Positions 10,261-20,888 are shown, counted from the first letter of the stretch. The stretch: 64,000 nucleotides of DNA from a virus (IMGVR_UViG_3300043425_001673:30772-94771), one strand, 5' to 3'. A program made the numbers and translations. The notes: generated from the sequence alone by a model not told the origin.

Positions 10261-10653
10261 ATGGCAACAGCGGAAAGCACGGCAGAGAGTCCAGTAACAA
10301 AAACAGCGGTAGCACCTCCCGCTCAACAAACCGCACCACTTGTAAAGAAGACGCTTGATGTTTCCGATCCAGAATCGGCCAAATCAAAGATTCTGGACAT
10401 TGTCACATTCGGTGATCCCAATCTTTGGCTGGTCCTGGCAAAGGCAAGCAGTGAGCGGGAAGGCTGGATGAAGTCCACCAAGGTTCTTCCTATTGATGGT
10501 GTGGGCTGTCTTGTTCAGGTATCGACTCAGCAGCGGAATCACGACGGAACAAATACCGTTGCAGAGGCGCTGCAGTTTCTTCCGGGAGTTAAGTTGATTG
10601 AGGAACGCGATTCGTCAGGTAATGTAATCGGGCGTAAATTGCGACATTTGTAA
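10261..10653 (+). CDS. Conserved phage hypothetical protein
   Basis: GWMKSTK...GCLVQVSTQQ segment; GAGG RBS. Confidence 0.55.
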   Translation: MATAESTAESPVTKTAVAPPAQQTAPLVKKTLDVSDPESAKSKILDIVTFGDPNLWLVLAKASSEREGWMKSTKVLPIDGVGCLVQVSTQQRNHDGTNTVAEALQFLPGVKLIEERDSSGNVIGRKLRHL

Positions 10654-10945
10654 TATTGGTTTTTGGAGTAAGAGAAATGAAAGCAGAATTTCGTAATGAT
10701 GGTCTTTTGGTAGTGCCTGAAACAGCTGATGAACTTGCTCATTTTCAAAAGCTTTTTCCTGAGCAGTTTATGCGCAACAGTCGATATCTGAATGTTCGCC
10801 AGTTTGTCGATCCGTTTGGAAACCCGGAACCCAATCGTCCTTATCTTTTGATCAACGGATATGATCCGAGCACTGAGGCGACCGCTGTTCGTCCACGTAA
10901 GAAAAAATTGATCGTTGAGAACGAATCTCAAACCGCTGCAAATCA

Positions 10946-11959
10946 ATGAGAATCGAGACGCCTTATAAGTTATGGACATTGGCTGGCGAACTCAATACAG
11001 CCATAGTAGGCAGCACCATCGAGGAAGTTTATATTCCAAAGTGGAACCTTTCCAGATTTGATAAGGCCGTCAAAGTCAGGGCTGAAATTCATCCATCAGA
11101 ACTTGTTGGATGGTATTTCAGTTCTGTTGAAACTCACGGCAAATCCCTTATTTTAAAGCTTGAAAACTTTGGGATAGGATCAAGATACATTGGCTGTAAT
11201 CTTGGTCAGGGATGCTGGGTTGTTCGTCCTGAGTATTTCAATTCCGCTCCTTGGGATGCGTTCATTTATGTTCTATATCTTTTGAAGCATCCGACTGGTC
11301 AGGTGTTCCAGCTGATGTTTTATGATAAAAAACGTCATGGAAAACTTGAAATCAGAGAGAGGATTCATGAGGTTCAGCTTTTGAATCGCTATGGTCCAGC
11401 GATTGATTCCCCTCAATTCAGTCTTGAGTGGGTTTATTTCGTTTTCAGGTCGCAGCCGAAAAGAAATGAAAAGCAGGAAGGATCAGTTATAAAAAGGATT
11501 CTTCTGGAACAGAAGTATTTTGCTGGTCTTACGAACAAGATGGTCAGCGAAATTTTGTTTCTTGCCAATATTCATCCCATGACCAAGGTTCACAATTTAA
11601 CGGATGAGCAGATAGACAAGATCTATATTTCTGTTCTTATCATCTTTTCAACTTTCGCAAAGAAACGTGGTTATCATGAATACATGATATCGGGACGTGT
11701 GAACTGTCCAGTCTGTGAGACAAGGGTTGAAACCAGCAAATACGCAAATCTGACAACATATTTTTGCCCAAAATGTCAATCCCCTGACTATCGAAAGCCT
11801 CTGCCTGTTAGCCGGGAGTACGTTGAAAACATCCTGAAGATTACAGCGAATATGGAGTATGTCAAAAATGGAATTGAGCGATGGAACGAAAGAACACGAT
11901 CAGTTTCGGGCGAGGGATTTTTACCTGTCGATGTCGAGCAAACCGAAAACATCAAGTAG
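10946..11959 (+). CDS. Fpg/Nei-family DNA glycosylase-like protein (degenerate N-terminus)
   Basis: HGKSL (RGKYL-like), H2TH segment IKRILLEQKYFAGLTN..SEILFLANIHP, and C-terminal CPVC...YFCPKCQ zinc finger. Confidence 0.8.
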   Translation: MRIETPYKLWTLAGELNTAIVGSTIEEVYIPKWNLSRFDKAVKVRAEIHPSELVGWYFSSVETHGKSLILKLENFGIGSRYIGCNLGQGCWVVRPEYFNSAPWDAFIYVLYLLKHPTGQVFQLMFYDKKRHGKLEIRERIHEVQLLNRYGPAIDSPQFSLEWVYFVFRSQPKRNEKQEGSVIKRILLEQKYFAGLTNKMVSEILFLANIHPMTKVHNLTDEQIDKIYISVLIIFSTFAKKRGYHEYMISGRVNCPVCETRVETSKYANLTTYFCPKCQSPDYRKPLPVSREYVENILKITANMEYVKNGIERWNERTRSVSGEGFLPVDVEQTENIK

Positions 11960-12119
11960 AATTCTGTCGCTGTCAATTTTTGACAGCCTGACGAGAAAAC
12001 AGCATCAGATTGACGTTACTCTCAGTCATGTCGATTGCATCAGCAGGCCACGCGAGGAAATCGAAAATATTATTCGTGGGAAATTCGATGATCTTTTGAA
12101 GGCGGTCAACATTTGAGTG

Positions 12120-12135
12120 GGCTCCCGCAGGAGCC
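12120..12135. terminator. GC hairpin between convergent genes
   Basis: GGCTCC-CGCA-GGAGCC between 11859..12116(+) and 12143..12451(-); no clear U-tract. Confidence 0.35.
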
Positions 12136-12142
12136 TGGGCAT

Positions 12143-12451
12143 TCAGTGTTTGGCTTTTTCGTGCAACATGAAGGCGCTGGAAATCAATTCCTTGACCTGC
12201 GAGATTGTAACTTTGTCTTCGCTTTGAATTTGCAGAGATTTTTTTGCGGTTTTTAGTAATTCCGGCAAATGATTCATGACATCCACAATGAACTGCAGCC
12301 TTTCATCCCTGCCTTCCTGGTCCTCAAGAGATGCCTGATACATTACCCATTTTTGGGTGTCGTCCTCCAAACGCTTGTCTATTGTCTTCCACGGAGCCTT
12401 AGCATATTGCTCACAAAGTTCTTCAAGCTGGTTAATTTTTTCAAGATTCAT
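12143..12451 (-). CDS. Hypothetical phage protein
   Basis: AAGGA RBS; ead/Ea22-like pattern LEEL...APW...FIVDVMNHLPELL. Confidence 0.5.
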   Translation of the reverse strand: MNLEKINQLEELCEQYAKAPWKTIDKRLEDDTQKWVMYQASLEDQEGRDERLQFIVDVMNHLPELLKTAKKSLQIQSEDKVTISQVKELISSAFMLHEKAKH

Positions 12452-12911
12452 TTTTTCATCCTTTGAAAAATTGTTGACCTTATTTCCTAAGCATACTAAA
12501 CAAGCGGCTGATTAGGCATTTTTCAAATGCTACTGATTAGGGATAAATTTATGATAGCTATGAGTAGCCGTCTTTTTGCGGTAGGTCCAGAGGATATTGG
12601 CAAGCCCGTTTACGTGCGCTCTGCCAATAGAAGTGGAATTATTGTTTGGTTTACGCCAGAGCGTGTTTGTGTGCTTTCATCTTCTGATAAAAAAGCCCAC
12701 GAATACAAGTACGAAGATTGTATGTATCTCCGCAATTATATCCGGCACTAAACTTTGGACAGCATCAGCTGTCCATTTTTGCATGGCTCTCTTGTAATTT
12801 CCTGCCTTTTGAGACATACTGTCTAAAGCTTTCCTGAAAATTCTGTCCAATTCCCATGGTCTTTTTCGCCTTTGGTATCCTGGTTTTTGAAAAAAATCCG
12901 TGGAGAATCTC

Positions 12912-14618
12912 ATGTTGCTGAAGATCATCGTTCTCTTTTTTCTTATTGCCGGGTGCGCTCCTACCGCACCTAAGCAGCAGACAGAGCCGCCGCAGGTTCT
13001 GCCACAGTTTCCCGATGATAACGATCCCAGCTGTCTTCAGGGCAAGACTGTAGGATTTTCGGGACCTGTTGCGGAACTCCTGCAGGACAAATGTGCATCG
13101 TGTCATCCTTCTTATAATGATTATGAATCGGTGTCCTCTCCTGCCTACGGCAATCAAATTGTCAGTCGTGTATTTTTGCCTAGCAACGATGTACGCAGGA
13201 TGCCAAAGTTTCCTGCAAATGAGTTGAGTTTTGCTGAGAAGAAGCTTTTGCGTGATTGGCAGACTGATGGTTTTCAACTTGAAGGAACCTGTAAAGATCC
13301 TGGCAATCTGAATGATCAGGCATGGCTCGATCTGAATGCTATTGAGCGTTATATCCTGGCCGACCTTGACTCCATCGAGAGTGACAACGGACAGGCGAAC
13401 GCTCGTTATCTTGTCATGACTCATCGCTCTGATGCCAATGTTGCGAAGGAAACTTTTGTAAACTGGGTGAAAGGTCTGAATAAGACTGTTAACACATTGA
13501 GCAGCAATCAAAATCTGGTTAAGGTTACTCCGATTGATCCAAGTGAGACGATCTATCGCTTTGAACTTGCTACTTATGGTCTGACTTCTGCTGACTGGAA
13601 TCTTATTCTCGGCAAAGATGTCTATAAGTTTGAATCAAGAACAAGACGTGGTCTTGAGATTCAACGCAGGACCAGAACACAGTTTCCCTGGCTTCACGCT
13701 GATAACTTCAGCTTCATTTCTCTTGGTGATCCGGCGGTATATAATCAGTTGACAAGGGTTCAATCCACTCTTGCTCAGGAGCAGGCTCGCTTTGGGGTCA
13801 ACCAGTCTCAACAATTTGCCAACTTTGAGGCACGTTTGATTGGCTTTAACGGCAGTCCTATTTCTGAGAACAAAAACCGTCTTCTTCTTAGACTGTCGGC
13901 TGATAACAACGAAAGTTCTTTCTGGCAGACATTTGATCCAAACTCTCAATTCTCGGCTCAAAAGAACCTTTTTGATTTTCCACTGGTGCAGGTCGGTGAA
14001 AGACGATTTGTTTTTGATGCCAGTGAAACGATCGGCTTTCTGGATAATGGCATGATGATTTTTGGTCTTTGGAATTCACAAGGCCAACGTCAAACCGAGG
14101 CTCCGATTGATGTTGTGGTCAACAACAGAAGTCCATTCAGTGCGATTATCAAAAACGGTCTTGATTGTCTTCGCTGTCATAGCTCAGGTCTTTTGAATGC
14201 TGTCGATCAGGTGAAGGCTCAGGTCAACGCAAACGCAAGTGAGTTTGCAAGAAATGATGTTGATCTTGTGAATGCGTTTTACCGCAATGCAGCAACAAAT
14301 TCAGCCTTGTTTATAAATGACAACAAGCGTTATCAGGATGGACTCAGAAAGCTTGGAATAGATCCACTTGGGGAAGATCCGGTCAATCAGTTTCTGGATG
14401 ATTATCGTGCGGATTTGAGCCTTGTAAAGGCTGCAAGCTTTCTTTTCATGACGCCACAGGATTTTTGCGCTGCTTTGCAAGGCTCGGCACAGGGAAAGGC
14501 ACAGATTGGTCAGCTTTGTACGACACCGCCTGGAACTGTGACTTTGGTGCAATGGCAAAATACGTTTCCAATCCTGAAGCGTGATTTCAGACTTGGGCTC
14601 GATCCCTTGGACAATTGA
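12912..14618 (+). CDS. Lipoprotein with two c-type heme motifs
   Basis: GGAG RBS, lipobox-like LIAGC, CASCH followed by a distal RMP, and a second motif CLRCH. Confidence 0.75.
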   Translation: MLLKIIVLFFLIAGCAPTAPKQQTEPPQVLPQFPDDNDPSCLQGKTVGFSGPVAELLQDKCASCHPSYNDYESVSSPAYGNQIVSRVFLPSNDVRRMPKFPANELSFAEKKLLRDWQTDGFQLEGTCKDPGNLNDQAWLDLNAIERYILADLDSIESDNGQANARYLVMTHRSDANVAKETFVNWVKGLNKTVNTLSSNQNLVKVTPIDPSETIYRFELATYGLTSADWNLILGKDVYKFESRTRRGLEIQRRTRTQFPWLHADNFSFISLGDPAVYNQLTRVQSTLAQEQARFGVNQSQQFANFEARLIGFNGSPISENKNRLLLRLSADNNESSFWQTFDPNSQFSAQKNLFDFPLVQVGERRFVFDASETIGFLDNGMMIFGLWNSQGQRQTEAPIDVVVNNRSPFSAIIKNGLDCLRCHSSGLLNAVDQVKAQVNANASEFARNDVDLVNAFYRNAATNSALFINDNKRYQDGLRKLGIDPLGEDPVNQFLDDYRADLSLVKAASFLFMTPQDFCAALQGSAQGKAQIGQLCTTPPGTVTLVQWQNTFPILKRDFRLGLDPLDN

Positions 14619-14665
14619 GTGATGTTTGATAACATCAGGGAAACATTTCTCTTGAGGTTATCGAC

Positions 14666-15058
14666 ATGATCAAGTTTCTTTTGCTTTTCATGATGGTTCT
14701 GTTTGGCCTGTCTTGTGGCAAGGAGAGCGGGGATGGTGGATACTCAAACCCTCCTGCTCCCCAGCCACAGCCTCAGCCGAGTCCCAATCCCAATCCCCAG
14801 CCAAACCCAACCGATCCGACGCAGGAATTTAATACGACTGTTAAACCGTTGCTGCAAAAAAATTGTGGCGGTGGTAATTGTCATACAAGCGGTGGTAGCA
14901 GGGATGCAGCGATACAAAGTGCTAATAATTTTATTAAGGGCACTTCAGGTCAGCGTATTCAATCGGGTAATATGCCGCCTAGTGGAACCGCACAGGCAAA
15001 TAATTTCAGTGCAGCCGATAAGAGCACGCTTCTGGGCTTTATCGCAAAATACAAATGA
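14666..15058 (+). CDS. Small cytochrome c-like lipoprotein
   Basis: Lipobox-like GLSC, P/Q/N linker, VKPLLQKNCGGGNCH (CX4CH variant) and MPP axial-ligand motif. Confidence 0.7.
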   Translation: MIKFLLLFMMVLFGLSCGKESGDGGYSNPPAPQPQPQPSPNPNPQPNPTDPTQEFNTTVKPLLQKNCGGGNCHTSGGSRDAAIQSANNFIKGTSGQRIQSGNMPPSGTAQANNFSAADKSTLLGFIAKYK

Positions 15059-15067
15059 GGACTGGCT

Positions 15068-15295
15068 ATGGTGAGATTGCCTCTGCGTATCATTGTTGTT
15101 TGCACTTTCCTGTCTGGATGTAACACCACGATGGAAATTACATCAAGACAATGGGAGAACTGCCTTAAGCTTTGCGGAGGCAAGCTGGCCAAGGCCGGTA
15201 TGGACTGGATGTCCACTGAAAAAACCTGTCTCTGTGAAAACAGGGTTCGGTTTCGATATGAAGGCAAGCAGACATCAGAAGAAGAAGTTGAATGA
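15068..15295 (+). CDS. Small Cys-rich lipoprotein
   Basis: Lipobox LSGC; GAGG RBS. Confidence 0.5.
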   Translation: MVRLPLRIIVVCTFLSGCNTTMEITSRQWENCLKLCGGKLAKAGMDWMSTEKTCLCENRVRFRYEGKQTSEEEVE

Positions 15296-15945
15296 AAGAT
15301 TTGTTTATAGTTGATATTGAGACTACGGGTTTAAGTTATTCTGATATGACTCTTGAATTCGTGATTTTGCAGGTCATGAGGGAGCGAGGATTTTACAAAC
15401 CCGGTCGATTTTATCGCCGGGTTTTTCATTACTCACATCCACCTGAATCGACATTTGCCAAAGCCAATCATCAAAGTCTCTATGAAGAGGCAAGGCATGC
15501 AGAATCAGTTGCACCTTCGCTTGTCCATGCCGACCTTGATGAATTTTTTGAGTCCTGTGATTCAAAAGATTACAAAAATAGGATTATCGTCGGGAGCAGG
15601 CTTAGTTTGAAGCTTGAGATGCTGGATAGATCCAGACTTTTTTTCAAGCCTCAAACGCTTGAACTGCAAAGCGGAAACAAGCAGGTTGGACATTATTTCG
15701 GAACCATTGATTTATATGGTGTTGAGGGCTTTGTTTCGGAACTTTTTGATGAACATAAATCAAAGGTTCGGGAGAAATTGACTTCCCTGAAGATGCAGCA
15801 CAAAATGCCTCAAGGTCTGCGCAGACACAGAGCGCTTTATGATGCATTTTTGTATTTGAATCGGCTCAATGAATATAGGCTGTTTTTTCTGTCACCATGG
15901 GAATCGGGCAATGAAAAGTTTTTTGAAAAAAATTGCGTCCTTTAA
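15292..15945 (+). CDS. DEDDh 3'-5' exonuclease-like protein
   Basis: VDIETTG (ExoI) and HRALYDA (ExoIII); ExoII is poorly conserved. Confidence 0.7.
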   Translation: MKDLFIVDIETTGLSYSDMTLEFVILQVMRERGFYKPGRFYRRVFHYSHPPESTFAKANHQSLYEEARHAESVAPSLVHADLDEFFESCDSKDYKNRIIVGSRLSLKLEMLDRSRLFFKPQTLELQSGNKQVGHYFGTIDLYGVEGFVSELFDEHKSKVREKLTSLKMQHKMPQGLRRHRALYDAFLYLNRLNEYRLFFLSPWESGNEKFFEKNCVL

Positions 15946-16339
15946 TAGCATCTATCGCCTTCCAGTCAATGACGTTCCGACATTGCCAACAATGGATGAT
16001 TTGAAACGCTTCAGGTCCATTCTTCAGGAGGAACTTGAGGAAGTCGATCAAATCATCAATCAGCTTGAGTTGGGTGTTGCGGATAGGGATCATGAGATAA
16101 AGCTTCTGACTGAATTGGCTGACTGGCATGGGGACATGATTGTTTACTGCCACACCAACGCTCATCGCTATGGACTTCCCATGGATGAGGTTTTGGATGT
16201 GATCATGGAAAGCAATATGTCCAAGCTTGATGCCAATGGCCAGCCGATTTACGACGAACGAGGCAAGGTGATGAAAGGTCCAGGCTATTGGAAGCCTGAA
16301 GATCGGATTTCCGTCATTATCAGGGGGTATTCCGCATGA
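15911..16339 (+). CDS. MazG-like / all-alpha NTP pyrophosphohydrolase
   Basis: LQEELEE, ELAD, SNMSKL and GKVMKGPGY motifs. Confidence 0.85.
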   Translation: MKSFLKKIASFNSIYRLPVNDVPTLPTMDDLKRFRSILQEELEEVDQIINQLELGVADRDHEIKLLTELADWHGDMIVYCHTNAHRYGLPMDEVLDVIMESNMSKLDANGQPIYDERGKVMKGPGYWKPEDRISVIIRGYSA

Positions 16340-17026
16340 AGACAAGAGAGGAAATACAGAGAAACTGGGAAACGTCCTGGTTCACTCCGCTTGCAGATTC
16401 CCAATCCCTCTCTTTTGAACAAAGAGCCAACATCAAAACTGAACTTCGCAAGGAGGTTTTTTGGGTAGCGACCTTGCCGGGTGAAGTCGATTTACAGGAA
16501 GTTTTGAATATACGGCTTACCAAGATTCAGACAATACTCGATGCCAATGACGGGGATGCCAGTGCGTTTGATGTTTATTACCAATATAGACAGCAGTTTT
16601 TTACATGGTGTCTAGCCTGAAATTTCTTTCAACAGAGCCACAGATACCGCACGATGAATACAGCCAATTGCTTGACACAGCGTTTGGTGTTTCAAGATTT
16701 GGAAGACGAATTTTTGCAAAACATGGTTTATCTTCGAGTCTGAAAATTCTGTCCAGTTTTGTCTATCCGGTGCCGACCATTCAGGATTTTTTCTGGTTTT
16801 TAAGGCATACGAAACCAATTGGACTCAGTGACGGATTTGAGGTTATTTGTGTGGCAGAGAAGTTTGTTCTTGACGAATATACCAAATTTGATTGGATACG
16901 AGCGGAGCTAAGTCCTGCCGTGGTTCTGGCTCCCGATGTGATGGATGATTTATTGGGATATGTTGCGCATGTTACTTTTTATAAGTGTCTGCGCTATCAA
17001 TGGGATAAGTTTGATCAGGATATGCC

Positions 17027-17623
17027 ATGAAAACCAAGGTCAAAATACTATGGTCGAAAAAAACCGACCATCAGCCGAAATCAGCCGCAACAGAGTCAAA
17101 CAGAGCCGTGCCAGTCAATCCGAAGGTCGATGATTTTGACGGCACCTTGAAATTGGAAAGTTTGACTTTGTCAGAGATTGACACGCCAAACAAAAGCAAG
17201 CCAAGCAATCACACGGTCGCCTATCTCAGCAGTCTTGGTGCTCCCCCGGAAGGCATGAGCAAGAAGGAATGGGAGGACAAGATATGCTGCGAAAGGCTTG
17301 TGAAGCTTTTTCAGGAACGCATGCTGAACCGCTATGGAGTGAATGTCAGCATCATTACGATTGCTGATCGCAGCTGCTTCAAAAATTTCTATCGTTATAT
17401 GCAGGATCTTCGCCTCACCGAGGAACTGATGTCCTATATCATCGAAGAGTGGTCCGGCATTAAGGCGAGATATCGACTGCCTTACAACACGCCTGTCCCG
17501 AGGACTTTTGCCAACTCTGATTTCATCAAGCAGATTGCGATAGAGTTTCACACCAAAAAGCATGTGATACAACACAATCCAGAATATACGAGGACGTATG
17601 AGTCAGACTGGGAATCCCTTTGA
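17027..17623 (+). CDS. Hypothetical protein, possible replication initiator
   Basis: Position just upstream of the DnaC/DnaB/DnaG block; function inferred from context only. Confidence 0.35.
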   Translation: MKTKVKILWSKKTDHQPKSAATESNRAVPVNPKVDDFDGTLKLESLTLSEIDTPNKSKPSNHTVAYLSSLGAPPEGMSKKEWEDKICCERLVKLFQERMLNRYGVNVSIITIADRSCFKNFYRYMQDLRLTEELMSYIIEEWSGIKARYRLPYNTPVPRTFANSDFIKQIAIEFHTKKHVIQHNPEYTRTYESDWESL

Positions 17624-17898
17624 ACGCAGCATGATGATGATTGAGATTGACAAAAGGGATGTTGAAATAGCGTCACTGAAAGAGCAGCTTGGTTTGTATG
17701 AATCATCGACGATGAGCATGGCAGAGGCTTTGAAAAGCATTTCCGAGCAGCTTTTCAGAGTCAGTAAATATGACGACAGGGATTGGAGTGAACTCAAGTT
17801 CATACTCGATAAATACGGTGTTGTTCTTGATTCTTCAGTCATGACGTATCTTTCACTTGCCATACCTGAATTTGTAAGGTGGAAACTGGGACGCACCG

Positions 17899-18486
17899 AT
17901 GAAAAGCCTGAATGACAAGGATTACGTTCTCATGGGATTGCCGGAAAGATTCCGCAATGCCAACTGGGCTTTCATGCAAAAACATGGACTGGCATCCGAT
18001 TTTGAAAAATATTTGCGAAACTTATCACTTGCCAAGGAGCAGGGAATAGGTTGTTTTATAGGTGGAATTCCATCTTCAGGAAAAAGTTACAGTGCTGCCG
18101 TGATTGCAAAGGCATTTCGGCAGAATTTTTTTTCTGTGCAATGGCTTGATGCAATTGAAGGCTATCAGCTTTTATCGTGGAATCGTGATTTTCCCGATGC
18201 TGAATATGGGACCTGGATGACAAGAGCGCTGGCAGTCGATCTTTTGATTGTGGATAACTTTGGTGCTGAGAAAGCAACGAATAGAACCAAAATCCTGCTT
18301 GATGTTGTGAAGAGAAGAGTTGATTTAAAACTTCCAACTGTCCTCACAACAACACAAACACCAAATCAGCTTTCCGTTACTTATGATGGTGAGTCCATGG
18401 CCTGGATCAAGGATGCAATGAAGGTTGTCGAATTGAAAAAGAGAATCGAAAGTGAAAACAAAAAATTCATAGCGGATAATTTTTAA
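17899..18486 (+). CDS. DnaC/IstB-like helicase loader ATPase
   Basis: LPERFRNA, Walker A GIPSSGKS, LLIVDNFGAE, and R...LPTVLTT. Confidence 0.85.
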   Translation: MKSLNDKDYVLMGLPERFRNANWAFMQKHGLASDFEKYLRNLSLAKEQGIGCFIGGIPSSGKSYSAAVIAKAFRQNFFSVQWLDAIEGYQLLSWNRDFPDAEYGTWMTRALAVDLLIVDNFGAEKATNRTKILLDVVKRRVDLKLPTVLTTTQTPNQLSVTYDGESMAWIKDAMKVVELKKRIESENKKFIADNF

Positions 18487-18487
18487 G

Positions 18488-19780
18488 ATGGATCTTGATC
18501 GCGGACTTCTTGCAGCGGTAATTCGGGAGCAGGATTTTTCGGCTTTTCAGAAGATCAGCCAGGAAATGATTCAGGGTGATTCGATAGCAGCCTATCGTTT
18601 CATTGAAGCCTACTATCTTCAGTATCAAAAAATTCCGAGCTATGACCTGATCCTGAATCAGACCAACATAGATTTGATTCAGGGGATAAATCTCAGGGAA
18701 CCATCGGATTTTTTCGTTGATAAAATCAAGGAAAGGTATTTCTGGTTCAAGGCCAGGGATGGTGCGCAAAGCCTTGTGGCTGCTCTTGAAAGACAGGACA
18801 GCATTCAAAACATCAAGGCCATTCTAACGAGGATGCTTCATCAAGAACTTTATGATGCATCATCATCCGATAGTCTTCCGAGAAGTATTTTCAATAACGG
18901 CGATGAGATTCTGCGTGAGTATGAGAGAGCGAAACTTGAGGGTTTGACAGGTGTTCCAACTCCATGGCCAACAGTCAATCGCATGACCATGGGTTGGCAG
19001 CCTGAAGATTTTACTCTTTTTGTGAGTAGGCCAGGATCGGGTAAAACATTTTTGTTGATAGCCATTTTGCTGCATGCTTGGGAGTGTGGCTATAAAGTTA
19101 TGCTTTTCAGTACGGAAATGAAGATTCTCGCTTTGAAGAGACGTGTCATGGCGCTTCTTACAAAACTTTCATATTCATTGATTAAAGCTGGAAGGCTTTC
19201 GCCAAGTGAATACGAAATATTTAAAGATACTTTGCATAATTTTTCCGCTGATGATCGGTTCCTGGTTGTCGGCAACGACACCACTTTGAAGCGAAGCATC
19301 ATCGAGCAGAACATAGCTATGGGAAAGCCGGATCTTGTCGGCATTGATGGTTATTACATGGTTGAAGATGATATGGAAAAGCATCAAAAGGATGATCGTG
19401 GCGCAATCTGGAAAGTCGGAAAAAAAATTGCTAAAAAATATCAGGTTCCTCTTCTCGTGACGCATCAGTTAAACCGAAAACCTCAACATGAAAAGCCGGG
19501 ACAAAAACCCACTCTTGACAGGCTTGCTCATTCCGATGCTGCGGGCATGTATGCGGACTTTGTCTTTTCCATCTGGCAGACAGAGGAAATGTTCAACGAC
19601 AAAAGACTTGGCTTGAACCCAATGAAGACTCGGGATTCGGAATTGAAGGATGCGATCGAAATAAGATGGGACCTTACCAATGGAAACTTCACGGAAATAG
19701 ATCGCAACGCAGTAACCTCAGAAACCTCGCAGGTGGTGGACTACACGCAGCCTCAAGAAATTTCTGATATTCCTTTTTGA
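18488..19780 (+). CDS. dnaB: Replicative DnaB-like helicase
   Basis: SRPGSGKT, FSTEM, IDGYY, HQLNR; C-terminus ends ISDIPF. Confidence 0.92.
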   Translation: MDLDRGLLAAVIREQDFSAFQKISQEMIQGDSIAAYRFIEAYYLQYQKIPSYDLILNQTNIDLIQGINLREPSDFFVDKIKERYFWFKARDGAQSLVAALERQDSIQNIKAILTRMLHQELYDASSSDSLPRSIFNNGDEILREYERAKLEGLTGVPTPWPTVNRMTMGWQPEDFTLFVSRPGSGKTFLLIAILLHAWECGYKVMLFSTEMKILALKRRVMALLTKLSYSLIKAGRLSPSEYEIFKDTLHNFSADDRFLVVGNDTTLKRSIIEQNIAMGKPDLVGIDGYYMVEDDMEKHQKDDRGAIWKVGKKIAKKYQVPLLVTHQLNRKPQHEKPGQKPTLDRLAHSDAAGMYADFVFSIWQTEEMFNDKRLGLNPMKTRDSELKDAIEIRWDLTNGNFTEIDRNAVTSETSQVVDYTQPQEISDIPF

Positions 19781-19787
19781 GAAAAAA

Positions 19788-20888
19788 ATGGACGCACAAG
19801 GCATCGAGCATATATTGCGTGAACTCGGTTCTGAGAAGATCAGAACCAAAAACAATACGGTTCATGCGACCTGTCCTTATGCGCCTTATGCGCATCAAAA
19901 AGGAAAGGACTCTCATCCGAGTTTCGGTGTTGAAATCAATAGTGCCGGGACATCCAAGTGGGGTTGTTTTGCCTGTGCGAACGGAGCCAACCAAACGTAT
20001 TCGCTGATTTATCGCTTCAGGGATTATACGGGGATATTCAGGCAGGATTTGATCGACTACATCAAGGAGCGCGAGGGGGAAAGCCTGAGCTATAAGCTTT
20101 CAAAAATGGAATGGCGTCCTGCAAAACGGGTTGAGAATCCTCAATACGTATCCTCGCGTGTGCCTGACTATGAGCCAAAATTCGATATCAAGGATTATGC
20201 AGAAGTCCTTTCCTATCTGCCGACCTATGCCATGGAAAGAGGAATCACACCGCAGCTGGCCATGCGCTGGAAACTGGGCTGGCTCAGGGCTGGCATGCAG
20301 CTGGCAGATGGTTATATCGCAAATTACGACAGACTTTTTTTCACGATCATCGACCATGAGCAGAGGATGATAGGCTGGTCGGGACGCCTGATTCAATCCT
20401 TTCCGGCTGATTATGCCTATGCACCACCGAAGTATCATCATGCGCCTGAAATCAAAAAGGAGAAGTATCTTTACGGTGAAAACCTGATCGACACGAAGCT
20501 GAGGATTGGTTTCGTCGTCGAGAGTTTCATGGACGTGTTGAATTTGGCTGGGTTTGGCTGGAAAAATGTCTTGGCGATTATGGGAGCAAATGCTAGCTTT
20601 ACGCAATTATCAAAGCTGGCAAAATGGTTCGATCACGTTTATGTCCTAAGACATGCGGACCAAGCTGGTTTTGAAATGGCTGAAAGACTTAAAGCACAGT
20701 TAAAGACCATTGGTGTTCAATGTGAAGTTATAGAGCCGTTGCCGGAAAGAAAAGATGCTGGCGAGTGGACAAGGCAGGAAGCCGATTGTGTACTTCAAAA
20801 TCTAGGGATTGATTATGGTGTCAACGCACAAGTTGAAGAAAAAAGCAGAGAGGGAGAAGGAAAAGCAGAAACTCATGCGAATGAGTGA
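19788..20888 (+). CDS. dnaG: DNA primase (zinc-binding domain + TOPRIM)
   Basis: CPY..H...D..PSF...CFAC zinc domain, GWSGR, PKY, VESFMDVL, DQAG and KDAGE. Confidence 0.9.
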   Translation: MDAQGIEHILRELGSEKIRTKNNTVHATCPYAPYAHQKGKDSHPSFGVEINSAGTSKWGCFACANGANQTYSLIYRFRDYTGIFRQDLIDYIKEREGESLSYKLSKMEWRPAKRVENPQYVSSRVPDYEPKFDIKDYAEVLSYLPTYAMERGITPQLAMRWKLGWLRAGMQLADGYIANYDRLFFTIIDHEQRMIGWSGRLIQSFPADYAYAPPKYHHAPEIKKEKYLYGENLIDTKLRIGFVVESFMDVLNLAGFGWKNVLAIMGANASFTQLSKLAKWFDHVYVLRHADQAGFEMAERLKAQLKTIGVQCEVIEPLPERKDAGEWTRQEADCVLQNLGIDYGVNAQVEEKSREGEGKAETHANE

